From assembly GCA_013265495.1 (NCBI GenBank), contig MU060042.1:5948258-6012257 (forward strand): a stretch of DNA of 64,000 bases. Direction: 5' to 3'. The position numbers were made by a program, and so were the translations under genes. Below, piece after piece: positions 32,789-43,865 of the stretch. Below the pieces are notes generated by a model that saw nothing but the letters and a program-made list of their open reading frames with translations, had not been told where the DNA came from and searched no databases. The stretch is from Vicugna vicugna. Taxonomy: Eukaryota. Position 1 is the stretch's first letter. Each line of letters starts with the position of its first letter.

Positions 32789-34466
32789 GATCGAGGCAGC
32801 CTCCCGGCCCCATCTCCACCCTCCCAGCAGCACCCAGCGCCCTGTGGGAGGGACACTGACCGCGTGCGGCCCCAGACCTTTTATTTAACCTGAAAACTGG
32901 TTAGGAGGACCCGCTGGGCCCGCCTAGGGTTGTTTTAGGATGGAATGCGAGGGTGGCCGTGAGAGCGATCTGTGAAGCGTCTGGTGCTGCATGAATAAAC
33001 TGTGATGCCCTCCGGGGTGCCGGCGTCATCGCCTTGTCTTGGGGGCGCTCGGCACATACGCTCCGTGCCTTTCTGGTTTGTTCCCCTCACTCTGCCTGGT
33101 TCAGAGACGTCCTGCCTGCAGGTGCGCCTTTTCCCCACACAGACAAAACCCCGAAGAGGCTCGGGCCTTGTGCCTGTCCTTCATCAGGATGTGCTTTCAT
33201 GGCCGCATCCTGCACAGCGAACCTGGGACCCGCGTCTCTTCGAAAACAAGTGAGATGGAGGAAGCGGAGGGAGCCGCGGTCTCCGGTTCCCCTCTGCACT
33301 CGGTGTGAACAGGACGAGGGAGAGCGTGGCTGACGCCTTGACAAGCGTGCAGAGAACCGGCCGTGGCCTCGGGACACGCGGCCTCCTCCGCAGCCAGGAC
33401 ACACTGGCCGCAAAGCTGGCCCTCTGGGCCTTCCCGCGTGAAGCCAAGGCCCCTGGGAGGACGTGCGGGGTCTGTCGGCCCACCGTGTCCTCATGCCCAC
33501 CTCAGGGCTCCCGGGTTTGCGCTGAGAGGGCTGGCCACGCTGGCACCCCTCCCCGCGGTCCCCCTGGGACCGTGCCAGCAGCCCACGGGAAGGGTGGGGG
33601 CTGGGCTCCGCGTGCGGGGCCTGGCTGTGACCTGAGCCAGCCAGCCAGTTATCAGTTCCCATGACACAAGTCCCCCGTTCCTCGCCGCACTTTGTTGTTG
33701 TTATTCTTGAAAACAGCTGGGGGGTGTTGAAAGGGAATTTGGGGGTGGGACGCACTGCCACTGATTGTCCAGGAAGCCGCCCTGGAGGGCCGGGGCCTCT
33801 ACAGAAACACCCGGGCTTTATCTGCGCGGAGGGAAGCCCGGCAGTTCCGTGACGCGAGTGCATCCCCACCTCGGGGTTCTGCTGGGAGGGTGAGCGGCGG
33901 TGACAGCCTCCCCGGCGACATTTGCCCGATCAGGTGGGGTGGAGGCGGGATGTTGTGCAGTCCACTCCTGACGGCCTCTGCCAGCTTCGCTCATTTCCTC
34001 CCCGGCTGCCAAAAATCACATGCCGGTACCGACCCGGACACGGGAACAGAAGTGAAGGAAGAGCCCCAGGCTGGGGGGGAGTCGGCCCTCCTCTCCGTCC
34101 TCTGACAGCAGGGCCAGGGAGAGGGTGGTCACGAGCCTAGGCTTCCACTGCGGGGGGCGGGGGCGCCTGCTGCTTTTGCAAACCTGTGGAACCTGGAGAA
34201 GACGCTCCTGGCTCCTGGATCAGCACCGCTTTGGCATCGAAGCTCCAGGCCGGTCGGCGCCTGACTGTGTCTCTGGCCAGAGCAGTGTCTCTGCGTCACC
34301 AGGTCCGGGGCAGCTGCGTCCTGCCGGCTCAGGACACTTCGGGGGCCCAGGTGGGAAGCTGAAGGACTGCTGGGTCCTCTGGGGGTCACTTCTCCACAGG
34401 CTGAACGTGACTGACTGATGGAATTTCTGGTGATTTACGTTTGCGTCTACGCAGAGTGTGGTTTCT

Positions 34467-34498
34467 CTAAGGCTTTCTCTGTCTTTGTTTTCTTGCAG
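34467..34498 (+). other. NFATC1: 3' splice acceptor of terminal exon X
   Basis: ctaaggctttctctgtctttgttttcttgCAG: long pyrimidine tract, AG at 34497-34498. Confidence 0.92.
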
Positions 34499-34548
34499 TA
34501 AATGAAATAATACGAAACGACCTCTCCAGCACGAACATCCACTCCTAG
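34499..34548 (+). CDS. NFATC1: NFATC1 terminal coding exon (exon X): (V)NEIIRNDLSSTNIHS*
   Basis: G|TA AAT GAA ATA ATA CGA AAC GAC CTC TCC AGC ACG AAC ATC CAC TCC TAG; matches the recalled human C-terminus VNEIIRNDLSSTSTHS. This exon is not in the ORF track. Confidence 0.95.
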
Positions 34549-36250
34549 GTGGCGACGTCGGACTCTGAGAAGCCGCGTGATGTCGCCTTGACAGTGACAA
34601 CTTCTGCGTAAACAGACTGAGCTCACACCTGGTGCCACTCAGAACTCCCACCTTCTTGAAGGTTTTAGCATTTGTACAAAGAAGGAGCTCGAGGGAGGAA
34701 GGAACGACCACTCCACCTTCTGAAGGAGAGTCATCTCAAGGAGGAAGTGAAAGTGGGGGGGGAGTGCAGGAGACAGACCGCGGGCGGCTCCCCGCGACCT
34801 GGCGGCCGACCCCAAGCCGTACCCTTCGGGCACCCCTGGAGCTCATACTGGAAGTGCCTTGTTCACCCAGACCACAGCATCAGGGCATCACAGGGCTGAG
34901 CGCTGAACTTGCTGCCAGGAGGGCGTGTGTAGGAGCGAGCCTGTAAAGACGCCTCGTCACCAGGCTTCGTCCCTGTGTACGCTGAGAGGGCTGGGCACTG
35001 TGGGAAAACCCAACACTCGTCTCCTACTTTTTCGGCTTTCCTGGGCTGGACGTGTTCAGTGCGTCTCAGAGCTCTTCCAGTGTGTCATCTCAGTGCTTTC
35101 AGGACATCGTCCCCTCCGTGTTACTCAAACCGTAGGGCTGTTCGTTGCAGCATGCTAGGTCTTTGTGTTTAATCTGCCTTTGAACATAGCACCCAGGAGT
35201 GGAATAGCACAAGATAGGTTGCTGGGCAGAAAAAGAGACCTGTCCCAGGACAGAGCTGGCACCTGCACGTGCGCACATGCTTAGGTGAATGTTTGTGTGT
35301 GAGCAGCAGCAGAGGTGGTGACGCTCAGGCGGCGCCCGGCACGGACATCCGTGTCAGCAGTAGCCAGTGTCCCGTCTGGAAGATGCACCAGGGCTGCACA
35401 CCTGGCTTCCCAGCCATTTCCGCGGGGCGTCACGCCCGACAGGTCTGCATTTTATCTCCTCGAGCAGGTGACCGAGCACTTTAGAAGCCAGGAGACCTGT
35501 GTTCACAACATCATCTGTTACCAAATGGCAAAATTGGAAAGTAACTGTAAATAACGTTACAGAAGGAGTGTAATATATTTGTTCAGCTGTAAGATGATTA
35601 TTTCACAGAAGCCTTATAACTGCTTCATGTAAGAAAACAGTTACCAAAAACAGCGTTTGAATATGCGGCGACTGTGGTGTGTTTCCAGCTTAGTTGCTCT
35701 TAACAGGTAGGTTAGCGTAAGCTTTACTCTGCGTTTTGTCCAATTAACAGCTTATCACACATTATCGCCAGCAGTGACCCGTTGTTTCACGTAACCAAAA
35801 AGCATGGTTTAGTTAAAACGGTTCAGCTAACAACTGTGCCTTAGGAACTCACGCCCCCTCGTGGGACGCAGCTGAATCGCACCCGGGGGGCGGCCGGGAC
35901 GCATCCAGCCCAAGATGGGCGCTCGCCCACAGGAAGAACCACTCTCGCGGCGTTCTTCTGCACGGTGACGTCTCGCTTTGTTTGAAGCCACAGAAAGACA
36001 CAAACATCTGAAAGCCTTGCCTGTAACGTTTACACAGGACTGTGAATCGCTGAAGATCTGTGGCTTCTTGTCTGTAACAGAGTCCTGCCCCTGCCGCCCG
36101 CGACCCCGGCCCACCCTGCGTGTGGCCGCGTGAGACCTGCACGGAACACTTCTGGGTAGACTGCCTCGGGAGAGGACGTGTCTGCCTCTGTGCCGGCTGT
36201 CTCTGTAGCTAGAGAGTAGACCCAATAAAGCGCTGTGTTCTGCTGGACGG
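34549..36250 (+). other. NFATC1: NFATC1 distal 3'UTR (~1.7 kb; 3' end approximate)
   Basis: Runs from the TAG stop to the first canonical AATAAA I see downstream (36224); contains an AT-rich block at ~35500-35850. Confidence 0.8.
35836..35843 (+). promoter_or_regulatory. miR-124-3p 8mer seed site in the 3'UTR (a second, 7mer-m8 site lies at 34854-34860)
   Basis: GTGCCTTA is the 8mer match to the miR-124-3p seed (AAGGCAC); NFATC1 is an established miR-124 target. Confidence 0.65.
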
Positions 36251-36320
36251 TCGTGGTCTGAGGCTGATTCAGTCCGTGTGTGCGGAGTTCCTCTTTGTTC
36301 CCCAGCGTGTTTCCTGCTTT
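36204..36320 (+). terminator. NFATC1: Distal polyadenylation signal of NFATC1
   Basis: TGTA (36204-36207), AATAAA (36224-36229), then GT/T-rich downstream sequence (gtgtgtgcggagttcctctttgttcccagcgtgtttcctgcttt, ~36276-36320). Confidence 0.8.
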
Positions 36321-36336
36321 GGGTCCTGCACCTCCG

Positions 36337-36828
36337 CCGCCTGTAAGAGGCTTTCCGTCGTGAGGCTGTCGTCTTGCCAGGGCAGCCGCTGTCTTCCTCG
36401 AACGCTGGAAGACCGGCCCTGGCGGGATGGCGGTCGCCGGGGCCCCGGGCGCTCCCAGCAGCCCCTCAAAACCATCCGCCCGGCACGTGGAGCTTGTGCC
36501 GCTGCCGCAGGTTCCTGCCGGGCAGGCCTCCCACACTCCACGCAGCCCGTCCGCCACCGCGCTCCCAGGAGGCGGGCCTGCACCGCCTGTAAGAGGCTTT
36601 CCGTCGTGAGGCTGTCGTCTTGCCAGGGCAGCCGCTGTCTTCCTCGAACGCTGGAAGACCGGCCCTGGCGGGATGGCGGTCGCCGGGGCCCCGGGCGCTC
36701 CCAGCAGCCCCTCAAAACCATCCGCCCGGCACGTGGAGCTTGTGCCGCTGCCGCAGGTTCCTGCCGGGCAGGCCTCCCACACTCCACGCAGCCCGTCCGC
36801 CACCGCGCTCCCAGGAGGCGGGCCTGCA
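36337..36828. repeat. 246-bp tandem duplication with two apparently identical copies (36337-36582 and 36583-36828)
   Basis: Both copies run ccgcctgtaagaggctttccgtcg...ccaggaggcgggcctgca; ORF-track duplicates are offset by 246 (36374/36620 and 36427/36673). Confidence 0.97.
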
Positions 36829-37914
36829 AGGCCTCCCGGCTCCACCCACCCCCCCACCCCCCCAGCCCCCCACCTCCTTCCAGCCTGGGTGGGAGAACGT
36901 TACCGGGGTGCTCAGAAGCCCAGCGTCACGGCTGGAGCTTCTCCAGTCACTACTGTCTGATCTGTGGGGGCACTGGTTTGCTTTCTGGACTTTAATATGC
37001 AAGGACTCCTGTGTCTGGCTAGGTTTACAGATGGAGCTAAAATACTAGAAAAATCTCATCGACGCAAGTAGCAAGCATCCTTCCACCGGTTTCTGTGCTG
37101 ACGTGTTGGCAGGAAGCCCCCCACACAGGCCACGGAGCTTCGGGAACCGGGGAGACGGGGGGTCTGGCAGTGGCTGTGGAGAAGACAGGGCTCGCTGGCC
37201 GTCAGCATGAGTTTTTGTCCCCTTTATGCTGGTTATGAGAAATAAGGAAAACACCAGCTTATTTCTAGCAAACAGGTAAGTGTTTTGCCCTCAGGTGTGC
37301 AGACCCGAACTGAGACTACATCCTCCTGGGGAGCCGAGGGCCGCTGACCGCCCTCGACCCCCACCCAAGGCGTCCTCAGGGGCCTCAGGGGACACACAGC
37401 CCAGAGCCGTCTACACTGGCCGAGCCGGGCGGCCATGGGGGGCCCGTCGTGACTCACTCCTACCCCTGCCGGTGCCCGTGGTTCCAGCCCTTCCCCGGTG
37501 TGAAGCCGGGCGGTGTGGGAAAAACCTGACTGACAGCAGATTTCACCTCGTGACCAAGGGCAGGCTAAGCACACGCCTGAAGGATGTGTCCAGATCTGAG
37601 TGGTCGGGTCCCCAGCGGGCTGGGTGACTTTCCACAGCACTCGGGGTGTGTGGGCCCCACTCTGGCTTCAGGGAGGGACCCCTGTGACCAGCTGCTCTGC
37701 CGACCCCACGACACCCCGGTGCAGGACCCCAGCCAACCACGTCGCGAGGAGGCGTCTCTGTGCCGCCTAGTTACACACTTCCTCAGAAACACGCTCCGGT
37801 CGCAGGAAGTCAGCTGCACTGAACTGCCGTGTTTGGGGGGAGAGACTGAAGGAGGGACGACGGGAGGGGGTTGAAGCTGAGAAAACAGATGGGAGGGAGG
37901 TCTTGGCTCCGTTT

Positions 37915-38420
37915 GTTTTAAGTTAAGGTAAAATTCACGTGCGAGGGAGTGAACCACGTTCAAGTGCACAGTCCCCAGGCACTCAGCGCATTCACGGGGT
38001 CGCCTTCACAGCCACCACCTCTGCCTCGTCACACGCTGCTTTCATTGCCCAGAAGGAAGCCCTGTGCCCACGAGCAGCCCTCCGGACCACCAGTGAGTCC
38101 GTGTCCCTGGATCTGTGTGCTCTGGACCCGCGTAAATGAATTGTGCACTGTGGCCCCTCACTGGGCACAGTGATTTCAAGAGGCATCTACGTCATAGACC
38201 ATCCCTCTTCCCTGTGGCCAAACACCGTCCGCCGTGTGGTCGGACCGCACTCCGTTTGTCTGCTCGGCAGTCTGGGTGCCTGCTGGCTTCTGTGTAGGAA
38301 GCTGCTCCGAATATTTGTGCATAAGTTTGGTTCCCATCCCTGTTTCCAGGTCTTGGGGATACGTGCCTACGGGTGGAATTCCTGCGTAATACGGTAACTG
38401 TGCGCTTTGCCCGGTTTTTA
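37915..38420 (-). mobile_element. L1M (L1MB-like) 3'-end fragment, antisense, GC-shifted
   Basis: aaggtaaaattcacgtgc...gaaccacgttcaagtgcacagt...ttcaagaggcatcta...atatttgtgcataag...ggatacgtgcctacgggtggaattcctgcgtaatacggtaact follows the reverse L1MB 3' consensus in order. Confidence 0.75.
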
Positions 38421-39539
38421 GATTATCCATCCCTAAGACAGCCCTGCATCACTAATCTAATCTGGACTGAGCGCGTCATATCTGTACTTGTTTACGCCAG
38501 AGATATTAAGTTAGCCGAGGATGACGAAGTGGTCGTTCACACCACAGCGGGAAGCAGCCTCGCCCTCGCCCGCCCCCAGCCCCTGGGGTAGAATCGAGCT
38601 GCCCTGGGCTCCTGCCAGGACCCCGGGGCCTCAGCCTGTGAGTCTGAGTCACTCGAGTGGTGCCAGCCGAGCCCCAGACCACACGTGTGTGTTTTGCGCC
38701 GCACACACAGTTACGACAGCAGCGGAGGGAGCCTTGCGAGACCTCCGGTGCCGTCAGAAGCGAGGTTCCTGAGGTGCAGAGCTGCCGCGGGCGTCTCCCG
38801 CCGCCTCCCTGCTGGCTGGGGACTCCGCCTCGCGGCCCGTGTGCAAACACAGCTGCAGACCACTGGCACCAGCTTCCAGCAGCTGCCGAGCTTCCAGCGC
38901 TCTGGGACCAAGGTGGGGCCCAGGCGGGGCTGAGCTGGGTGACCAGGGCGCTTCCGTCTGCGGCGGCCACTCCTCTTTTCTGAAAAGGAGCTCTGAGCCG
39001 CAGAGGGTCCGCGCCGCAGCGCCCCTCGCTCTGGCCTGGAGCCCTGTTCCAGCCAGGTGAACGATGACCGTGCTTAGTGTCAAGTGGAGAAGAGGGTTGA
39101 ATTAAAGCGCTCCTTCATTAGTGGGGTGTTACTGTTAGTGGTCTGGCTTCAAACGGTGGCTTTCTGCAGCTCCTCTTGTGGTGCAGTTTCAACCTGCGAA
39201 TAGGGGCGTGTGCAGACGGGGTGAACACACGAGTCTTCCTTGTAGGAAACTGCACCTCGCTCCCCGGTGTCTGGGCAGGCCCGAATCCTACTGGGAGCGT
39301 CGCCCCAAATCCTCCGCCTCCCTTTACAGCCTCCCACTCTCCCCCATCCTCCCCGATCACTCAACCTCCTCTCCCTTCAGAAACCAAAGAGGCAGAGGTT
39401 GCGGAAGATGGTCAGGGCTGAGAGGCTGGCCGGGGAAGTCCATGCCCTTCCTGGTCACCTTGTTTGCATCTGACAGCTGGAAGTGGGGCAGCCCTTCAGC
39501 CCTATGCGGTGCAGAGTGAGGGGACGGGCAGCCGCTTCC

Positions 39540-41500
39540 TTCTGCGGACACCTCGGTCTGGCTGGAGTGTTGGTGACGCTGGTCATAGAGTGAACGGCCT
39601 GGAACAGCTTGTTGGAACTGGCACGGCGGGGTTCGTCGGGCCTGCAGTTGGCCTCTGCGGGAAGGTTTATAATATAAATTCCGTTTCTTTCTCTTCAAAA
39701 AAAATTTTTTTGGAGGTGAGGGTAATTATATGTATTTATTTAATGGAGGTACTAGGAATTGAACCCAGGACCTTGTGCATGCTCGGTGTGTGCTGTACCA
39801 CTGAGCCACACCCTCCCCACTAAATTCCATCTCCTTAATAGATACAGAGTCGTTTAGGTTTTCACCTGTCTCTCGGGCGAGCCGTGGTGGTCCATGTCTC
39901 TCAGGGAATTTGTCCGTTTCGTCTAAGTGGTGGCACGACGCCGCTGGTGGCGCTGTCCTGTGCTGTCCTTTCAGTCTGAGTAGGGTCCGTCGTGAGTCCA
40001 TGCTTTCGTCCGGGTCTCCTCTCTCCCTCCCCTTTTCCTGGTCAGTCTGACTGCAAGCTTATCTTTTATTGATCTTTTCAAAGAACTGTCTTTTGATTTC
40101 ACTGATAAACTCTGCTCTTTACTATATCCTTTCTTCTTACTTTGTTTCATTTGCTCCTCCATCTAGTTTCTTAAGACAGAAGCTGAAGTCCTCCATTTGA
40201 AACGTCTTCCCCAACGTGGGCGTTTGGTGCTATCAGCTCACCTCCAAGGTCTGCTTTAGCTGCTTCCCGCAGATTTTAATATGTTACATTCTCCTTTTGT
40301 TCAGTTCAGAATTCTTGCTAACTTTCATCTAACTTAGTTTTGACCCATTGAGAAGCACATCATTTAGTTTTCAAGTATTTGGAGACGTCCCACGTTTCTG
40401 GCTTAACGCCACTGTTGCTTGGAGGACGTAGTTTGGATGAGGTAGTTTTTATGTTCACTGAGTCCTGCGTCAGGGTCCAGAGGGGCCGTCGTGGCGAATG
40501 TTCCTGAGCACCAGTGAGCAGCGCACTCCACGCTGGTGGCGAGCGTTCCCTGGCTTCCCCCTGGTCAGGTCGGTCAGCAGTGCTGTTGGGTCTTCTGGAT
40601 TCTTCCTCATCCACTGCCTCCTTGTCATGTGAATTATTAAGAGAGAAGGTGGAATCTCTGGTGTAACCGTGGCTTCATTTGCTTCTGCTGCAGCTCCGCC
40701 CATTCCGCTGAGGGCGTCTCAGAGCTCTTTACTTAGGGCTGTGCAGGTTCCTCGGTGTTGCTGCGTGCTCCAGGCTGACTGATGCGTGATTGTGCCTTAT
40801 CCTCTTCATCCCTGGCGATACCTTTTGCTCTAAAACCTACCTGAGCTGATACTAATCTGCTTAGTGTTAGCATGTACACATTTGTTCACTTCTTTGAATT
40901 TTAGCCCTTTTATGACAACGTATAAACCACGTGCTGGCATACGGTCTGGTCTTACTTTCTGCCGTCTTGTTTATTTTCTGCTTAATGCGTTTCCTCCCCA
41001 TTTGCCCTTCCCTGTCTCCCTTTGGATTGAGTATTTGTTATAATCCCAGATCTGTCTCCCTTGCTGGCTAATTAGCCGCAGTCTTTGCTATTTTACTTTA
41101 GTGCTTGTTAGGGTCTGTAGGTAACATCTTTGACATCAGAGCTTACCTTCCAGGGACACAAAACTGCGTCGCAGGTCACATGAGACCCTGACGCCATGTC
41201 TTCCTGTCTCTGCTCCCAGCCCTTGTGCTGTTTGCTGTCAAGCTCTGCTCCTGTGCATGCTACGAACCCCAAAAAACACCGTTATTATTTCCCTTTAAAG
41301 AGGAATTCTCTTTTGAGAGAGTTAAATGATAAAGAATTACAAATATTTCACATTCCCGTGTGGCTGCCCCTCCCCGTGCGGCCATGGCTTTGTAGACCGA
41401 CATTTCCATCTGGTGTGTCTTCCTGCAGAACTTCCTCTGACGTCTGGCAGTGGTGCTGAGAAAGTTCAGCTTTTGTATGTGTGGAAAAGTGTTTATTTTG
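39540..41500 (-). mobile_element. Ancient L1M, antisense, ORF2 portion (host element; resumes at ~43865)
   Basis: gatcttttcaaagaact, tagtttcttaag, ctgctttagctgc, tattaagagagaaggtggaatctc and ccttttgctctaaaacctac match reverse L1 ORF2 in order. Confidence 0.8.
39705..39818 (-). mobile_element. Vic-1-like SINE inserted in the L1
   Basis: tttttt tggaggtgagggtaatt...atggaggtactaggaattgaacccaggacc...ccactgagccacaccctcccc; degenerate target-site duplication taaattccgtttcttt (39675-39690) / taaattccatctcctt (39821-39836). Confidence 0.85.
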
Positions 41501-41504
41501 TCAG

Positions 41505-43865
41505 GTTTTAAAATTTTGTATTTAAGTAATGGTAGATTCACAAGAAGTTGCCCAAAAATGTACAGCGGGGGGAGGGGACCCACTGAACCCTCCCCACCTT
41601 CCCTCCAGCACAGGAAACTGACACGGGCACAAGTTACAGACGCTCCTCAGATGGTGCCAGTTTTACAGGCACGTATCTGTGTGCGCGCGTGTGTGCTCAG
41701 CGCTTGCTCACGTGCAGGCTCACGGACCCACCGACCCTGAGAGGAACTTCCCCGTCACGAGGTCCCCTCACACTGGCCCTTTATCTCCGCAGCCACCCGC
41801 TTCCTGCCCGCCACCTGTCGCCCGTGCACCTCGCGTTTGTTCCCACATGTACGGTTTTGTTATTCCTCACAAAGGGAGTCACATGGTGTGTGACTTCTGA
41901 GATGGGCTTCACCTCCCCCGCGTCTCTCCTGCGAGCCACTGGGCTGTCGCTGTGCCGGCAGCCTGTACCCTCGACTGGGGGGTGGTCCTCCCCGGTGTGG
42001 ACGGATAGCGATGGATTCACAAGAAGCTGCCAAAAAATGTCTGCGGGAGGGGGCCCCACGGAACCCTCACCACATGCCCCCCAGCATAGGAAACCGGCAC
42101 TGGGACGACTTACAGAACAAAACCCACTGAGGACACCTGGCTGTTGCCCCCGTTCTTTGGCCACTGTGGACAAGGCTGCTGCAAACGTTGGCACACGTGA
42201 AGGTTCACTTTGGGTTTGGTGAGCGGAAGTTTTCGTTTTTTGGAGTAAAGGCCCCGAAGGGCAGTTGCCACGTCACAGAGGAAGCGCAAGCTTAGTTCTT
42301 AAGCACCCAGCCCTCTGAGCTTCTCCGTCACCTTGCCTTCCCACTGGCGGCGCGGGAACGGGCACGCTTGCCTCCGCTGGTCTGGCAGGTGTGCCGTGGC
42401 GCTCTGCGTGGCTGCGACGTGCCTACCTGCTGGCCAGCGACGCTGAGCTCGTCGTGGGGGCGTCTCCGTCACCGCCTGCGCGTCCTCCGTGGGGAAACGT
42501 CTCTCCGTGGTCTCTGCCCGTGTTCCAGTTTCCGCTTGCTTTGTCTCACCTTGTTTTCCACACTCGGGTCCGAGGCCTTTATTCGTTCCGGAGGCGCGTC
42601 CGTGGACGGGTGTGTAGTTTGCAGGTATTTCCTGCCGGTCTGTGGCTTTCTTTGCAGCCTCTTACTAGGATCTTGAGGTGAAAACCCTGTTTAGCTTTGA
42701 TGATTGTTTGCTCTTCCTTTCACAGGTTGTGCTGTTTGGGGTTAAACCTAAGAATTTTACCCAGCCCAAGGCCCTAAAGGGCTCTTCTTTTTTTACGGAA
42801 GGTTTATAGGGTTGTGTTTACACTGAAGTCCACATCCATTTGTAGCTAATTCTTTGCACAAGGTGTGAAACTTGGGTCTGGGTTTGTTTTGTCCTCTTGA
42901 AGCTCTAACTGCTCCTGTGCCGTCCCCTGAAAGGCACATTTGTGCTTCTGAACACACTGGTGTGGGTCTTTCCTGGGTTCTCTGTTCTCATCAGTCCCAC
43001 ACTGTCTGCACGGCTGCTCCTCTGTGAGCCTTGGAATACCCAGCGGTTCCTCCCACTTGCCCTTCTCCACCAAGTTGTCGCAGCCCGTCTAGGCCTGTGT
43101 CTTCCCACGTAAGTGTCAGAGTGCGCGCGTCTGCGCCTGCGGGAAGGCTCGCTGGACAGCTGGTCGGAATCGCGTTGGACCTGAGAATCAACTTGGGGAG
43201 AATTAGCACGTCTGCCACGTCGAACCTTGCAACCCACAGACATGACTTTAGGCCTGTTTTTATTATTTTTCTTCTTACTATTCATAGGAAGGTCTTTAAA
43301 TTTTTTGACTTCATTTTTTATTTTCAGGGTCGTAAACCTTAGCGTTCAGCTTTCTTTGCGTCAGTTGTGACCGGAATTGTGTTTTCAGTTCAGCTGTCCA
43401 CGTGTGCTCGCCGTCAGTGTGCGGACGTGTGCTGACTTCATCCTGTGAGGCTGATGAACCTCGTACCAGCTCCAGGAGTCTGCTGCCGATTTCCGGGGCG
43501 TCGTGTCGATAGTCGATGTCATCTGCAAGTCGGGGCTTCTCATGTCTTCCTTCCTGGCACCTGTGCCTTTTACCCCTTTCCTTGCTTTGCTGCGCTGGTG
43601 AGCCCGCGTGCCGTGCTGGGCGAAGTGACGGGCGCGGGGCCCTCGTTGTGCCCCCGGGCTCTGGGCAGCGCGTTCGGCCTTCCCCGGTTGCGTCTGTGAG
43701 CAGCAGGGTTTTGCAGGAGCCTGCTGAGTTGAGGAAGCTCCCTCTACTCCTGCTTTGCCGAGGGTGCCCGTCACGTCCAGGAGTGACACTTCGCCAAGCG
43801 CTTGTTCTCGTGAGCTGACAGGATCGTATGATTGTCCTTCTTTAGGTATTGATACGCTGGGTCGC
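41505..43865 (-). mobile_element. Second L1 (L1MB-like 3' end plus ORF2 end) nested inside the host L1
   Basis: Starts with a T-rich tail and gattcacaagaagttgcccaaaaatgtacag; later ggacacctggctgttg, ggggttaaacctaagaatt, ttgcacaaggtgtga and gagaatcaacttggggagaatt. The host L1 text breaks at ~41500 and resumes with ctttcatttttgagagat at ~43870. Confidence 0.7.

Noticed and set aside
36030-36995. ORFs with 82-aa internal repeats
   Set aside because: By-product of the 246-bp (multiple of three) tandem duplication; no protein-like features.
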